This document shows, piece by piece, positions 1 through 9,062 of a stretch of DNA of 41,515 nucleotides. Location of the stretch: contig JBHLPF010000014.1 in the NCBI GenBank assembly GCA_048939765.1, positions 24,722 through 66,236 on the forward strand, given 5' to 3'. The notes under the pieces are model-generated. The model saw only the letters and a program-made list of their open reading frames with translations, was not told the origin of the DNA and did no database searches. The position numbers and the translations under genes were made by a program. The DNA is from Promethearchaeota archaeon (GTDB taxonomy: Archaea; Asgardarchaeota; Thorarchaeia; Thorarchaeales; Thorarchaeaceae). Every line of letters begins with the position of its first letter. The stretch's first letter is position 1.

Positions 1-1113
1 GACGAGGCTCACACACTTGTACCAAAGTCTGGCAGCACGCCAGCCAAGGACGCCATAGTGGGCTATGCGAAACTTGGAAGACGCTTCGGATGCAGCCTGG
101 TCCTATGTACTCAACAACCATCCGCTGTGTCAGATGAAGCGATATCACAGGCTGACATCATTCTGTCGCACTCACTCTCTCATGACAACGATATCAAGGC
201 TCTAATACAGAGAGCCCCCGCAGTGATGCCTGACAAGTTTCGTGACAAGGTCTTCATCAGCAGCCTTCCTCGTGGAGTAGGAATCGTTTTTGACCAGAGT
301 ACAGAGAACAAACGTGGCTTTATTATTCAAGTGAGACCAAGAGTTTCTCAGCATGGTGGGACTGATCGCCTCTCGGCGCTCTTTGAGGCAGCCCGACTGA
401 TGATTCCTGATGAAGTAGAACTCGAAGACGTCGAGATAATGGGGACTGCCGCTCCAGAGCTAGAGGTAGACCTGCCTGAGGATTTGCCTGATGTACCAAG
501 GCCTCCATTGAAGCTCAGCAAGGAAGACTGGGAGATTATGGACGCTTGGATGAAGGACTATATTGAGGCATATTTCGATAGCAAAAAGCAGGAGTACGCA
601 ATCACGGAGGAAATTGCTCCTCGTGAAGAGGATGATGCAGCGAAACCGCTTTTGGAGTGGAGACTCTCAGATGCTGGTGTTGCAGAGGAGGAATACACGC
701 CTGCTGAGATAGATGGTTCCATAGTCTCGATCAGACGATTCGGACCCATAACAGCCTCATTATTGGAAAAGGCCATAGCTCGAAAGGTGCTCTATTCGCC
801 AGTCACTCACCCCTACTTATTCGGGCGAGACTCAATGAAGAGAGAAACTACCAGCATAGTCAGAACCGACATTGAGCCTCGTTTACTAGTAGAAGAAGTT
901 GTCTCTAGACTGGGACAACTGGGAATGCAAGTGGAATCTATCAGGGACTCTGAAGGATTCTCGTTTGTCTTACTGCACAAAGACGGCATTCGAGCAGGTC
1001 TTTCCGTTGGAGCAAGCGGCCTAATGACCTGTGTTGCGGTGACAGTGGTGGGAGTTGACCGGAAAGAGGTGGTATCCATCTCCAATGAGCTAAGAGAGCT
1101 TGTCGAGAACTAG
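1..1113 (+). CDS. HerA/FtsK-superfamily (DUF87-type) ATPase, 5'-truncated by the window, with acidic linker and C-terminal alpha/beta domain
   Basis: Frame 1 is open from base 1 and reads DEAH (Walker B end), then GRRFG (arginine finger, cf. GRKFG) and TQQPSAV (cf. TQRPS), typical of HerA-like ATPases. Confidence 0.8.
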   Translation, partial: DEAHTLVPKSGSTPAKDAIVGYAKLGRRFGCSLVLCTQQPSAVSDEAISQADIILSHSLSHDNDIKALIQRAPAVMPDKFRDKVFISSLPRGVGIVFDQSTENKRGFIIQVRPRVSQHGGTDRLSALFEAARLMIPDEVELEDVEIMGTAAPELEVDLPEDLPDVPRPPLKLSKEDWEIMDAWMKDYIEAYFDSKKQEYAITEEIAPREEDDAAKPLLEWRLSDAGVAEEEYTPAEIDGSIVSIRRFGPITASLLEKAIARKVLYSPVTHPYLFGRDSMKRETTSIVRTDIEPRLLVEEVVSRLGQLGMQVESIRDSEGFSFVLLHKDGIRAGLSVGASGLMTCVAVTVVGVDRKEVVSISNELRELVEN

Positions 1114-1145
1114 GAAAGCGCCTGCTGCAAGCCCTAAATTAACTC

Positions 1146-1153
1146 TTATAAGT
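1146..1153 (+). promoter_or_regulatory. Putative archaeal TATA box (TTATAAGT) for the 1186 gene
   Basis: TATA-like element about 35 nt upstream of a TTG start that is preceded by AGGTG. Confidence 0.45.
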
Positions 1154-1185
1154 GGATGTCACCGTCAGCCGCCTAGGTGCGCAAT

Positions 1186-1542
1186 TTGAGCAAAGAAGGC
1201 ATACGATCACCCGTCAATTTCAAGCTCGAGTCAATGATGGATCTGGCAAGAATGCTAGCTTCCTCTGGTCAAGCAAACCGTCCTGCAAGCATGCTTTACT
1301 TCGAGCACCAGGGCAAACATATCTATGGCACATTGATCTCCCATCACGGCTATTATGAGATGTATGGGATGCCACTATGGGTCTATATTGAGGGCGATGG
1401 ACCTCCGGAGGGGTCCTATCTGTCATACACCAACCGTGACAAGGAGATGTACGAGTTCACATCAACTCCTTCACTTGAACCTAGAGTTGCATATCTACCC
1501 ATAATTAAGCTGGCAGAGAAACTACCGATTCTGGACCTCTAG
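1186..1542 (+). CDS. Conserved hypothetical archaeal protein (~118 aa)
   Basis: ORF 1177-1542 with globular composition. TTG at 1186 follows an AGGTG RBS and a TATA box. Confidence 0.65.
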   Translation: MSKEGIRSPVNFKLESMMDLARMLASSGQANRPASMLYFEHQGKHIYGTLISHHGYYEMYGMPLWVYIEGDGPPEGSYLSYTNRDKEMYEFTSTPSLEPRVAYLPIIKLAEKLPILDL

Positions 1543-1553
1543 TCTATCAACTG

Positions 1554-1988
1554 CTAGTCCTTCGAGGACCAGAAGGTTGAGTTTTCCTGTAGCCATTGTA
1601 TAAGGTCTTCAACAATCCTGGAGTGGTCAAAAGCTAGCATTTCAGTTTCCAGCGACTTCATGTCAATCCAGGACGCCTCTGCTGCATCATCGCCTCCAAC
1701 TGGTTCACCTGCAACCGGCCAGGCTATGAAGACCGTTGTAATAGTATGTCCTCTTGGGTCTCTCCTTGGATCACTGTATACCCCTAGGATCGCCTCAAGT
1801 GTGATACGAACACCAGTTTCTTCTAGGACCTCTCGGACTGCCGTTTCCTCCACTTTTTCCCCGAACTCGACAAAGCCTCCTGGAAGGGCCCAGCTGCCCT
1901 TGTAGGGATCTCTGCCGCGTTTCACCAAAAGGAGCTTCTCTCCATCGATAACCGCGACGTCAACAGTAGGTGAAGGATTCCTACGCAT
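1554..1988 (-). CDS. NUDIX hydrolase (ADP-ribose pyrophosphatase-like)
   Basis: Nudix box GGFVEFGEKVEETAVREVLEETG; RDPRGH and LAFDH motifs. Confidence 0.93.
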   Translation of the reverse strand: MRRNPSPTVDVAVIDGEKLLLVKRGRDPYKGSWALPGGFVEFGEKVEETAVREVLEETGVRITLEAILGVYSDPRRDPRGHTITTVFIAWPVAGEPVGGDDAAEASWIDMKSLETEMLAFDHSRIVEDLIQWLQENSTFWSSKD

Positions 1989-1989
1989 C

Positions 1990-3033
1990 TCAGTACATCT
2001 CCCGTGGAGATGCTCTCATGAAATTGACCAGGCTGACCGCAGCGAAGATTAGGAATGCCAACCAGATTATGGAGGTCAGTATTATAGTGTTAGTCTTGAA
2101 GAAGATCTCTACTATCAGAAACAGTCCAATCACCAGAATATTGGACGGTCCGCCCATTGTACTGTTGTCCTGCACTCCTGTCCTTAAACGAATGAGTACC
2201 ATCAAGGCAGCAATGGAAAGGGATATCCAATTGATGTACGACGTGAATATCCAAGACTGATTCAAGAATCCTAGGGTACCAAAGGGAGTGACTATGGGTG
2301 GCAGATAGGTGTAGAGGAACACAATGAATAGAATTATCTCGCCTACCCTGATTTTGGTCGTTGGCGCGTGTGTGTAAACAGTTCCGTAGAGACCACGATC
2401 ATACTGCTGTGCTGCAAAGAACACGAAGTAAAAGGGCGAGCCAAAGGTGAGCGCATTTACTAGGCACTGAGCAAAGCCATAGACTATATTGACCCAATAT
2501 CCCGTCCATCCCCCCATCACAGCATTCCAGACCTCAATATATCGGGGTATGAACTCAAGCATGATTAGCGTGGGTAGGGTGCATAACGCTATTGCGATAA
2601 TTACTGCAATCGCTGTGGCAGGTCTACCAGCTCCGAATTTTCCAACGCCGATTCTATAGAACACAGTGGCAGCTACAAAGAGGCCTGCTATGATTGCGAG
2701 AGGTGCTGCTATGATTGGTAGGATGAAGAAGATGAGCACAAATACTGCATTTGTTCCATAGAAAATTCGCCAGCGTAGTGGCACTGCATCTGTTGCCTCT
2801 TCTGTGAGATGGAATGTGTTCGCGAGTCTATAGCGTGAATTATAGATGATGCCTATCCAAGGAGCTGAGAAGATTGATGGAACCAGAACGTAGTAAAACC
2901 ACCAGTCTAGAGTTGGGTCCTGAAACGGCGCCAACTGAAATGGGAGAAACTGCATGAGTATGAAGAAGTAGACTGGTCCAAGGACTGCAATCAATACTAC
3001 GGTGAGTCGTGACATCATCCAATCAGGTTTCAA
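1990..3033 (-). CDS. Polytopic membrane protein of unknown function (about 9-10 TM helices)
   Basis: 347 aa with repeated long hydrophobic segments; abuts the NUDIX gene (1-nt gap). Confidence 0.8.
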   Translation of the reverse strand: MKPDWMMSRLTVVLIAVLGPVYFFILMQFLPFQLAPFQDPTLDWWFYYVLVPSIFSAPWIGIIYNSRYRLANTFHLTEEATDAVPLRWRIFYGTNAVFVLIFFILPIIAAPLAIIAGLFVAATVFYRIGVGKFGAGRPATAIAVIIAIALCTLPTLIMLEFIPRYIEVWNAVMGGWTGYWVNIVYGFAQCLVNALTFGSPFYFVFFAAQQYDRGLYGTVYTHAPTTKIRVGEIILFIVFLYTYLPPIVTPFGTLGFLNQSWIFTSYINWISLSIAALMVLIRLRTGVQDNSTMGGPSNILVIGLFLIVEIFFKTNTIILTSIIWLAFLIFAAVSLVNFMRASPREMY

Positions 3034-3112
3034 CTTCGCCTCTCCAAGGTCTTGAAAACCCGCATTTCATATAAGTATGCATAGCGTACATTGCAGTCGA
3101 GGAAGGAGTGTA

Positions 3113-3904
3113 ATGGTAGACCAGTTTTACACACGAAAACTGCAGGCTGCAGCATTTGTTAGGAAGAGCAGACTGATTGTAGGTCTGGATCTCGTTGCTG
3201 ACATGGGAGGAAAGAACAAGAAGGAGCAAAAGGCTGAGATAGATCGTATTGAGCAAGAAGCTCTGAAGGTCATTGCTGGCACGTCAGAATATGCAGTGGC
3301 TTTCAAATTCAACAGACAACTCGTTCTACCTTTAGGGGTATTTGATAGGATTCCTGGTCTCATTGATGCTGTACATGACCAGGGACTAACAGCCATAATG
3401 GACTGCAAGATTAACGACATAGGAAATACCAATGCACACATTGCACGTTACTACTTCGATGCGGGATTTGATGCCCTAATCACGAATCCGTTTGTTGGTT
3501 GGGAGGGTGGTCTGGATTCTGTATTCGATCTTGCGCGCAGACGCCAACGAGGTGTAATTACGCTCTGCTACATGTCACATCCAGCAGCTGATGAGGGCTA
3601 TGGCTTGGAGATTGCAGTTGACAAGAAGACCCGAATACCTGTCTGGGCATCATTTGCGGAGAGGGCCCAAAGGTGGGGTGCTGATGGGGTGATAGTTGGC
3701 GCAACCTACCCACATCGAATCCAGGAGATATACAAAATCCTCGGTGCAGAGATACCAATTATCAGCCCTGGTATAGGCAGCCAAGGCGGTAAAGCTAGAG
3801 AAGCAATTGATGCCGGAGCCTCCTATGTAATTGCTGCAAGATCGATTGTCAATGCTGAGGACCCCGGTGCTGCTGCAGCAGCTATTGCCGCCGATACAAA
3901 ATGA
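3113..3904 (+). CDS. pyrF: Orotidine 5'-phosphate decarboxylase
   Basis: Active-site D-x-K-x-x-D motif (DCKINDIGNT), GLD, VGAT, SPGIGSQGG and ARSI motifs. ATG 3113 follows a GGAAGGAG RBS. Confidence 0.93.
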   Translation: MVDQFYTRKLQAAAFVRKSRLIVGLDLVADMGGKNKKEQKAEIDRIEQEALKVIAGTSEYAVAFKFNRQLVLPLGVFDRIPGLIDAVHDQGLTAIMDCKINDIGNTNAHIARYYFDAGFDALITNPFVGWEGGLDSVFDLARRRQRGVITLCYMSHPAADEGYGLEIAVDKKTRIPVWASFAERAQRWGADGVIVGATYPHRIQEIYKILGAEIPIISPGIGSQGGKAREAIDAGASYVIAARSIVNAEDPGAAAAAIAADTK

Positions 3905-4002
3905 CCGAACACATTTGTACATCAAAGAGCTGATTGGCACTTTCAATAGAATTTTTCCTTAGAAACAGATAAAGGCAAGTCGCTACCTGTTAGGCGTGGA
4001 CA

Positions 4003-4019
4003 TGTACATTCTTGTACAT
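4003..4019. promoter_or_regulatory. Tandem TGTACAT palindromic boxes with 10-bp periodicity upstream of the aminotransferase
   Basis: TGTACAT at 4003 and 4013, with a third copy at 3916 in the same intergenic region. Confidence 0.4.
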
Positions 4020-4084
4020 ACCATCTAAAAATCCTGAATCCGCTGCAAGGCTTCATTCGTACACATGTGCCGGAAGGAAAACAG

Positions 4085-5353
4085 ATGGCGAGAAATAATT
4101 CTGGGTATCATTTTGCAACATGGACGACTCTCATTGAAGAGTCTCAAATTCGTGCTCTACTCAAGTACAAGGTCGAGTATTACTTTGCTGGTGGCAAGCC
4201 GGGAATCATGCCCACTGAAATCTTTGGGAAGATTATGGAGGAGCTTGGGCAGACCTACCAAAAGGACTCCAAACAGGCTCTTGACGATCTCAATTATGGG
4301 CCCACTGGTGGCGAGCCTTGGTTCCTGAAGACTCTGGCAAAGAGACTCCATGACAAGAGGAAATTGCCAATCGATCCTGAAAATGAATGGAGCAATGTCT
4401 CAATTACAAACGGATCCCAACAAGCGCTGTATGCCTTACTTGATACTCTTATCAATCCTGGTGATGTCATCATCACGCCCTCACCTTCCTATCTTGGGTT
4501 CCTAGTCCCCGCGGTAAAGCTTGGAGCACGAGTTCTATCAATTCCTACAGATCTTGATGGTCTGATTCCAGACTATGTAGAGAAAGGAATTCATCTCTCC
4601 CAACAGAAGTTTGGAAAGAACCCCGATATGGTGTATGTCGTGCCTGATAGTGATAATCCCAAGGGCACAACTTTACCCTGGAAGAGGCGGCAGGCTCTTT
4701 TCGATTTGTGTGAGAATGAGAATATCCTCATTGTTGAAGATTCCGCCTATGCTGAGATTCAGTTCAATAGTGCCCCTCCTGCCATCAAGACGCTTGATAA
4801 GGAGAATGAGCGTGTTGCATATTTGGGAACGACTAGCAAGGAGGCCGCAGTCCTAAGGGTCGGATATTCTATTCTGCCACCCAATGTGAGAGAACAAGTT
4901 CTGAAGGACAAAGGGTATCTTGATCTCTGCACCTCAACCCTGGTCCAACGAATTCTGGACATCTATTACAGGGACCATATCGACGAGGCGATGCGACAAA
5001 ACGTTCCTAGATACAAGAAACGCGCTGAAGCCATGGCCAAAGCTATTGATTCTTCATTCCCTGCAGGTGAACGGACTAATCCAACTGGTGGGTTCTTCTT
5101 CTGGTGGCAGAGCGAGAAACCATTTGATAGTAGCAAGTTCCTGGAAGAGCATGGGATTCCCAACGATATCATCTATGTGCCCGGAGAAGCATTCTATCCA
5201 ATCACTGGTTTTAAGCTGGTCGACAATGGTAATGACATAGAACCTAGTAGACCTGAGGTCAATACTATGCGTCTTGGCTTCTCTTATGCAACAAGGACTA
5301 AGATTGGAGAGGGAATTGAGAAACTCGGTCGACTCCTCTCCGAGAATATCTAG
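4085..5353 (+). CDS. PLP-dependent aminotransferase class I/II (LysN/ARO8/MocR-like)
   Basis: FAGGKP, YGPTGG, TNGSQQAL, NPKG, EDSAY and TTSK..LRVG (PLP lysine) motifs. Start is 4067 or 4085. Confidence 0.9.
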   Translation: MARNNSGYHFATWTTLIEESQIRALLKYKVEYYFAGGKPGIMPTEIFGKIMEELGQTYQKDSKQALDDLNYGPTGGEPWFLKTLAKRLHDKRKLPIDPENEWSNVSITNGSQQALYALLDTLINPGDVIITPSPSYLGFLVPAVKLGARVLSIPTDLDGLIPDYVEKGIHLSQQKFGKNPDMVYVVPDSDNPKGTTLPWKRRQALFDLCENENILIVEDSAYAEIQFNSAPPAIKTLDKENERVAYLGTTSKEAAVLRVGYSILPPNVREQVLKDKGYLDLCTSTLVQRILDIYYRDHIDEAMRQNVPRYKKRAEAMAKAIDSSFPAGERTNPTGGFFFWWQSEKPFDSSKFLEEHGIPNDIIYVPGEAFYPITGFKLVDNGNDIEPSRPEVNTMRLGFSYATRTKIGEGIEKLGRLLSENI

Positions 5354-7059
5354 AGGATGAAGTTGACGAAGTAGGTTGCCCCATTCTTCATCTCATGAAC
5401 ATGAGCCCTAAAGTATGGTCCGAAGAGGTCTGGAAACCCTGCGTTCAACGCCCATTCAATCCAAGACCAAGCGGATTCTTGGCTTACCTTTTCCCGGGTG
5501 AATTGTCCAAAGGCCCAGCTAAGATACTTTTCAACATCAATCTTGGTCAGGAGAAGACCCTCATCTGCTCTGCCACTGTCCTTCTTTGTTTCCAGCTCAG
5601 CATGGCGGTTATTGAGCTCAGAATGGGCCTTGAAGAGAGACTTCTCAAATTCAGCAAGAGCTTGGTTCATCTCATCAAATCGGTTCTTCTTTCTGAACCG
5701 CCCCACTTTTCCTAGAGTCTTAAACATCTCAGGACGATGAATCACTGGGAAGTCCTTTTCTCTCAATACTCCTGCGAGACTCTCATTCCAAGGCGTATTG
5801 AAGTAGATTCGCGGATATCTTACAAAAAGAGGGAATGGAATGTCGAGTGCTTTTGCTGCTGGAATGACCTGAGCATAATAGGCTGTTTCACCGGGTCCCC
5901 CAACGTGAGCCACAACTGGAAGGAGAGTATCAACCGCAATCTGTCTGGAGTCAACTCTCAATGAGAGTGAAACCGATACTTCTGATAGGTCTGGTGAGTC
6001 CGCATTGATTTCGATCTCGACAACATCGCTGCAAATTGGACATTTTCCTGTCAACAGAGCTTTCGACCCGCTCAGAGAGTAGGAGAGTTCGATTCGTGCT
6101 CGATTGCAGTCTTTCCCGCCACATTCGAAGAAGAACGGAACAAAGGTTGAATCTCTCATACCTATGCCTGGTTTGAATCCCTGATTTTGTATCATTGTGG
6201 TTGCATGCGAATGTGCAGCTAAGAATCTCTCTCTGTTCTCTTTGCCTAGGAGAAGCTCTAAACCGTGGGCCATTAAGTTTCTAATCTCATCATCAGTGGC
6301 AGGTACAAGTGGAACTCCAAGATCTCCCTCCAGATTGAGTAGATGACCGATAATTCTCTGACTCCATTCGCCAAGCGTATTTGAGTTGTGATATGCCCAA
6401 CGTGTTAAGCTCAATGATTGTTCGAGCCTTTCTTCTACCAATGTTCTGGCGTGACCATCAACAGATTTGAACAAAGGTCGATAATTGTGCCGGATGCTCT
6501 CTTCAGCTTGTTCGTACCATTGTCTTCCCGGAAGAGGAATTATGCTGACTGGAGAATATTCGTATCCAGGTGGTATGGGAATACTGACAAGATTCCCCTC
6601 TTGGCCTGCATTTGGAGTTCGGATGTTTGTCAATTCAGATTGTACAATATCATAATCTGCAATGAAGAAATAGGGTGTGAGCAGTAGGTCATCACTACTC
6701 CCGAATGTCGCTATGCTTCTGGCTGTGGCAGCTTTGTTTAGAATATAGCAAGGCCCTCCCATTGCAACACTCTGATGAGCTGCTTCTACAGCACCCTCAT
6801 GAAGATGATCTATTGCCTCCTTCACTTTGGGTGTAAGAATGCCCAGTCTTCTGTTGGCATCACTCAACGCCTTTGCGGTCCGTTCCCGCCTTTCTTCTAT
6901 GTGCCAATCAGTATTCGAATATCTCTGTAAAAGGGAACGTGCCTTCGTCGCTACTGCGCCCATTGTAATCACAGGCGAGCCATAGAGATGCGTAGCAAGA
7001 TCATTCAGTTCGCCTTTCCAAATGAACTGCTGATAGACTTCCATGATGCTTGCTTTCAC
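5350..7059 (-). CDS. bshC: Bacillithiol biosynthesis cysteine-adding enzyme BshC
   Basis: AHQ..MGGPCYILNKA (cf. GQQ..GPLYT.HK), ADYD (cf. EDHD), GGPGETAYYAQ signature, C-terminal coiled coil and QE motif; directly downstream of bshA. Confidence 0.85.
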   Translation of the reverse strand: MKASIMEVYQQFIWKGELNDLATHLYGSPVITMGAVATKARSLLQRYSNTDWHIEERRERTAKALSDANRRLGILTPKVKEAIDHLHEGAVEAAHQSVAMGGPCYILNKAATARSIATFGSSDDLLLTPYFFIADYDIVQSELTNIRTPNAGQEGNLVSIPIPPGYEYSPVSIIPLPGRQWYEQAEESIRHNYRPLFKSVDGHARTLVEERLEQSLSLTRWAYHNSNTLGEWSQRIIGHLLNLEGDLGVPLVPATDDEIRNLMAHGLELLLGKENRERFLAAHSHATTMIQNQGFKPGIGMRDSTFVPFFFECGGKDCNRARIELSYSLSGSKALLTGKCPICSDVVEIEINADSPDLSEVSVSLSLRVDSRQIAVDTLLPVVAHVGGPGETAYYAQVIPAAKALDIPFPLFVRYPRIYFNTPWNESLAGVLREKDFPVIHRPEMFKTLGKVGRFRKKNRFDEMNQALAEFEKSLFKAHSELNNRHAELETKKDSGRADEGLLLTKIDVEKYLSWAFGQFTREKVSQESAWSWIEWALNAGFPDLFGPYFRAHVHEMKNGATYFVNFIL

Positions 7060-7071
7060 TCAATTGCCCCC

Positions 7072-8235
7072 TCATTTGCCAACTACTTTTTCAAACACCT
7101 TTTCATACTCTGTCACGATCTTCTCAGCGGAGAAGCTTTCTTCCACCCGTTTTCGTCCCGCTTTGCCTATTTTGGTTCGGAGGGAATCGTCATCTAGTAT
7201 TTCGATTATTGCTTGGGCGTACTCATCAATCCCAAATCCGTCAGTGACTATCCCATCCTTATTTGGACGCACAAGTTCTGGAATTCCGCCGGCCGGTGTA
7301 GTGACTACTGGAAGACTGCATGCCATCGCTTCAAGCAGGACTAGTGGCATCCCTTCAAGGGTAGAGTTTAGGAGAAAAACGTCAGCAGAGCACATGATTT
7401 CCTGCATGTTACTCTTCACACCAAGTAAATGCACATTGTCACAGAGGTCAAGAGCTTCGATCTTCCTCTCCACTTCGATTCGAGTAGGTCCATCTCCTGC
7501 AATGATAAGGCGCACCTTGGGGTAGTGGTCTGCAACGATTCTCATTATCTCTATCAGTTCAACCACTCGTTTGACCTTGCGGAAATTGGAGGCATGTAGA
7601 AGGATTTTGGCTTCCGGATCTAATTCTTTTGCTTCTTCCACCTTTCGGACTGATACACACCCACTCTCAACCATAATTCTAGTCCCGTTGAGATGTTTGA
7701 ACTGTTCAACGTCGATGAAATTCGGTATCACACTTATCTCACGTTCAATGCCAAGCGCCTCCTGAGCCTTCCTTTTCAGAAATTCAGAAACCGCTGTGAC
7801 TGCATCTGCCTTCTCAATTGTGTGTTTGACAACTGGCTGATATGCAGGGTCTAGCCCTAGCGTATGCACATCGGAACCATGAAGCGTCACAACATATGGG
7901 ACGCCAACTATCTCGCGCGCCATGTAAGCTGACATTGCATGTGGGATTGCATAATGCGAATGTATCACATCTAGCTTTGCGTCTTTCACTGTCTTGATAA
8001 TCTTGGATGTGAGTGCCATGCCATAGGGCGGTCCAATGTTCTTAAACAGAGGATAATCAAATCGGTCGACGAGATCAACATAGACCCCGCTTGTTTGCTC
8101 CCACATCAGAGAGAAGGGCCGCTGGTAGGTTATGAAGTGAATGATATGGTTTCTACCAGCCAGCTTCTGACCAAGTCTTGTGGCAAGGTATCCGGAACCG
8201 CCAACTGAGGGGAATAGATTGACTCCAATCCTCAA
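7072..8235 (-). CDS. bshA: N-acetyl-alpha-D-glucosaminyl L-malate synthase BshA (GT4)
   Basis: PSVGGSG.LAT.LG, HFITY, HSHYAIPHA, TLHGSD, SNFRKVKR and EGMPLVLLEAMA are BshA signatures. Confidence 0.93.
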   Translation of the reverse strand: MRIGVNLFPSVGGSGYLATRLGQKLAGRNHIIHFITYQRPFSLMWEQTSGVYVDLVDRFDYPLFKNIGPPYGMALTSKIIKTVKDAKLDVIHSHYAIPHAMSAYMAREIVGVPYVVTLHGSDVHTLGLDPAYQPVVKHTIEKADAVTAVSEFLKRKAQEALGIEREISVIPNFIDVEQFKHLNGTRIMVESGCVSVRKVEEAKELDPEAKILLHASNFRKVKRVVELIEIMRIVADHYPKVRLIIAGDGPTRIEVERKIEALDLCDNVHLLGVKSNMQEIMCSADVFLLNSTLEGMPLVLLEAMACSLPVVTTPAGGIPELVRPNKDGIVTDGFGIDEYAQAIIEILDDDSLRTKIGKAGRKRVEESFSAEKIVTEYEKVFEKVVGK

Positions 8236-8266
8236 CCGCTACACCTTTTGAGAACACTATAGAGCG

Positions 8267-8279
8267 CCCCTTTAAGGGG
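8267..8279. promoter_or_regulatory. Imperfect palindrome CCCCTTTAAGGGG with TATA-like core in the divergent bshA/bshB promoter region
   Basis: Seen directly, about 30-45 nt upstream of the bshA start. Confidence 0.4.
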
Positions 8280-8374
8280 AATGGTCTGGACATCAATTCG
8301 ATTTTCCATGCATCTCGCATTAATGGCTTGTGATGTGCCAAAGCTTGATTAGCAGCCGCAATCCTAGCGGCCCT

Positions 8375-9043
8375 ATGAGCAGCCTATCAAAGAACTCCAT
8401 CCTTGTGGTCGTTGCACATCCAGATGATGAGACCTTGGGAGCTGGAGGGACAATCAGGAAGCATGTGGAGCAAGGAGTTCCAGTTGATGTCCACTGCATG
8501 ACAGGCAATGACACTCGGAATGCCGAGGTCAAAGCAGCATGTGAAGTCTTGGGAGTTCGACATCTGTATCTCAGTGAGAGAGATGACTTCGCTATCGATT
8601 CCTCCTTGACAAACGAAGTGATTGGTGCGATCTTGAAGTCGCGTCCAACCATCGTGATTACACATTCCCTGGAGGACTATAACAAAAACCATAGCGAGTG
8701 TGCAAAGATTGTCGTGCATGCTGCGGAATGGGCTTCACACGCGACAGTCTTTGACAATGCGCATAGAGTCGAACGAATCTACCATATGGAGGTCAATAGT
8801 CTTCATTCAATACCCAATGTACACGTCGATATTGGGAACACCTACGAAGTAGCTCTTCAAGCCTTGCGAGAACATAAATCCCAGATTCCTAAGTCCGATC
8901 AGTATTATTTGAAGTTGTACGATGCAAGAACGCGTCTACGAGGAGTTCAAGCTGCATGCGATAGAGCAGAAGCGTTTGTAATCACTCTGCCCACCCACGC
9001 GGGTCCGTTCTACCCAAAAAACGCTGTTGATCGGCTCGTCTGA
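8375..9043 (+). CDS. bshB: PIG-L/LmbE-family deacetylase, probable BshB (GlcNAc-malate deacetylase)
   Basis: AHPDDE metal motif, MTG, R..E..AA..LG, HKSQ and RG....AEAF motifs; divergent from bshA. Likely ATG at 8375. Confidence 0.8.
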   Translation: MSSLSKNSILVVVAHPDDETLGAGGTIRKHVEQGVPVDVHCMTGNDTRNAEVKAACEVLGVRHLYLSERDDFAIDSSLTNEVIGAILKSRPTIVITHSLEDYNKNHSECAKIVVHAAEWASHATVFDNAHRVERIYHMEVNSLHSIPNVHVDIGNTYEVALQALREHKSQIPKSDQYYLKLYDARTRLRGVQAACDRAEAFVITLPTHAGPFYPKNAVDRLV

Positions 9044-9062
9044 GGCATCAAGGAAGATTCCA

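Noticed and set aside
7043-7525. Antisense or alternative-frame ORFs (e.g. 7043-7525, 14529-15053, 18713-19204, 39031-39510)
   Set aside because: Shadow ORFs overlapping well-supported genes, with no motifs of their own.
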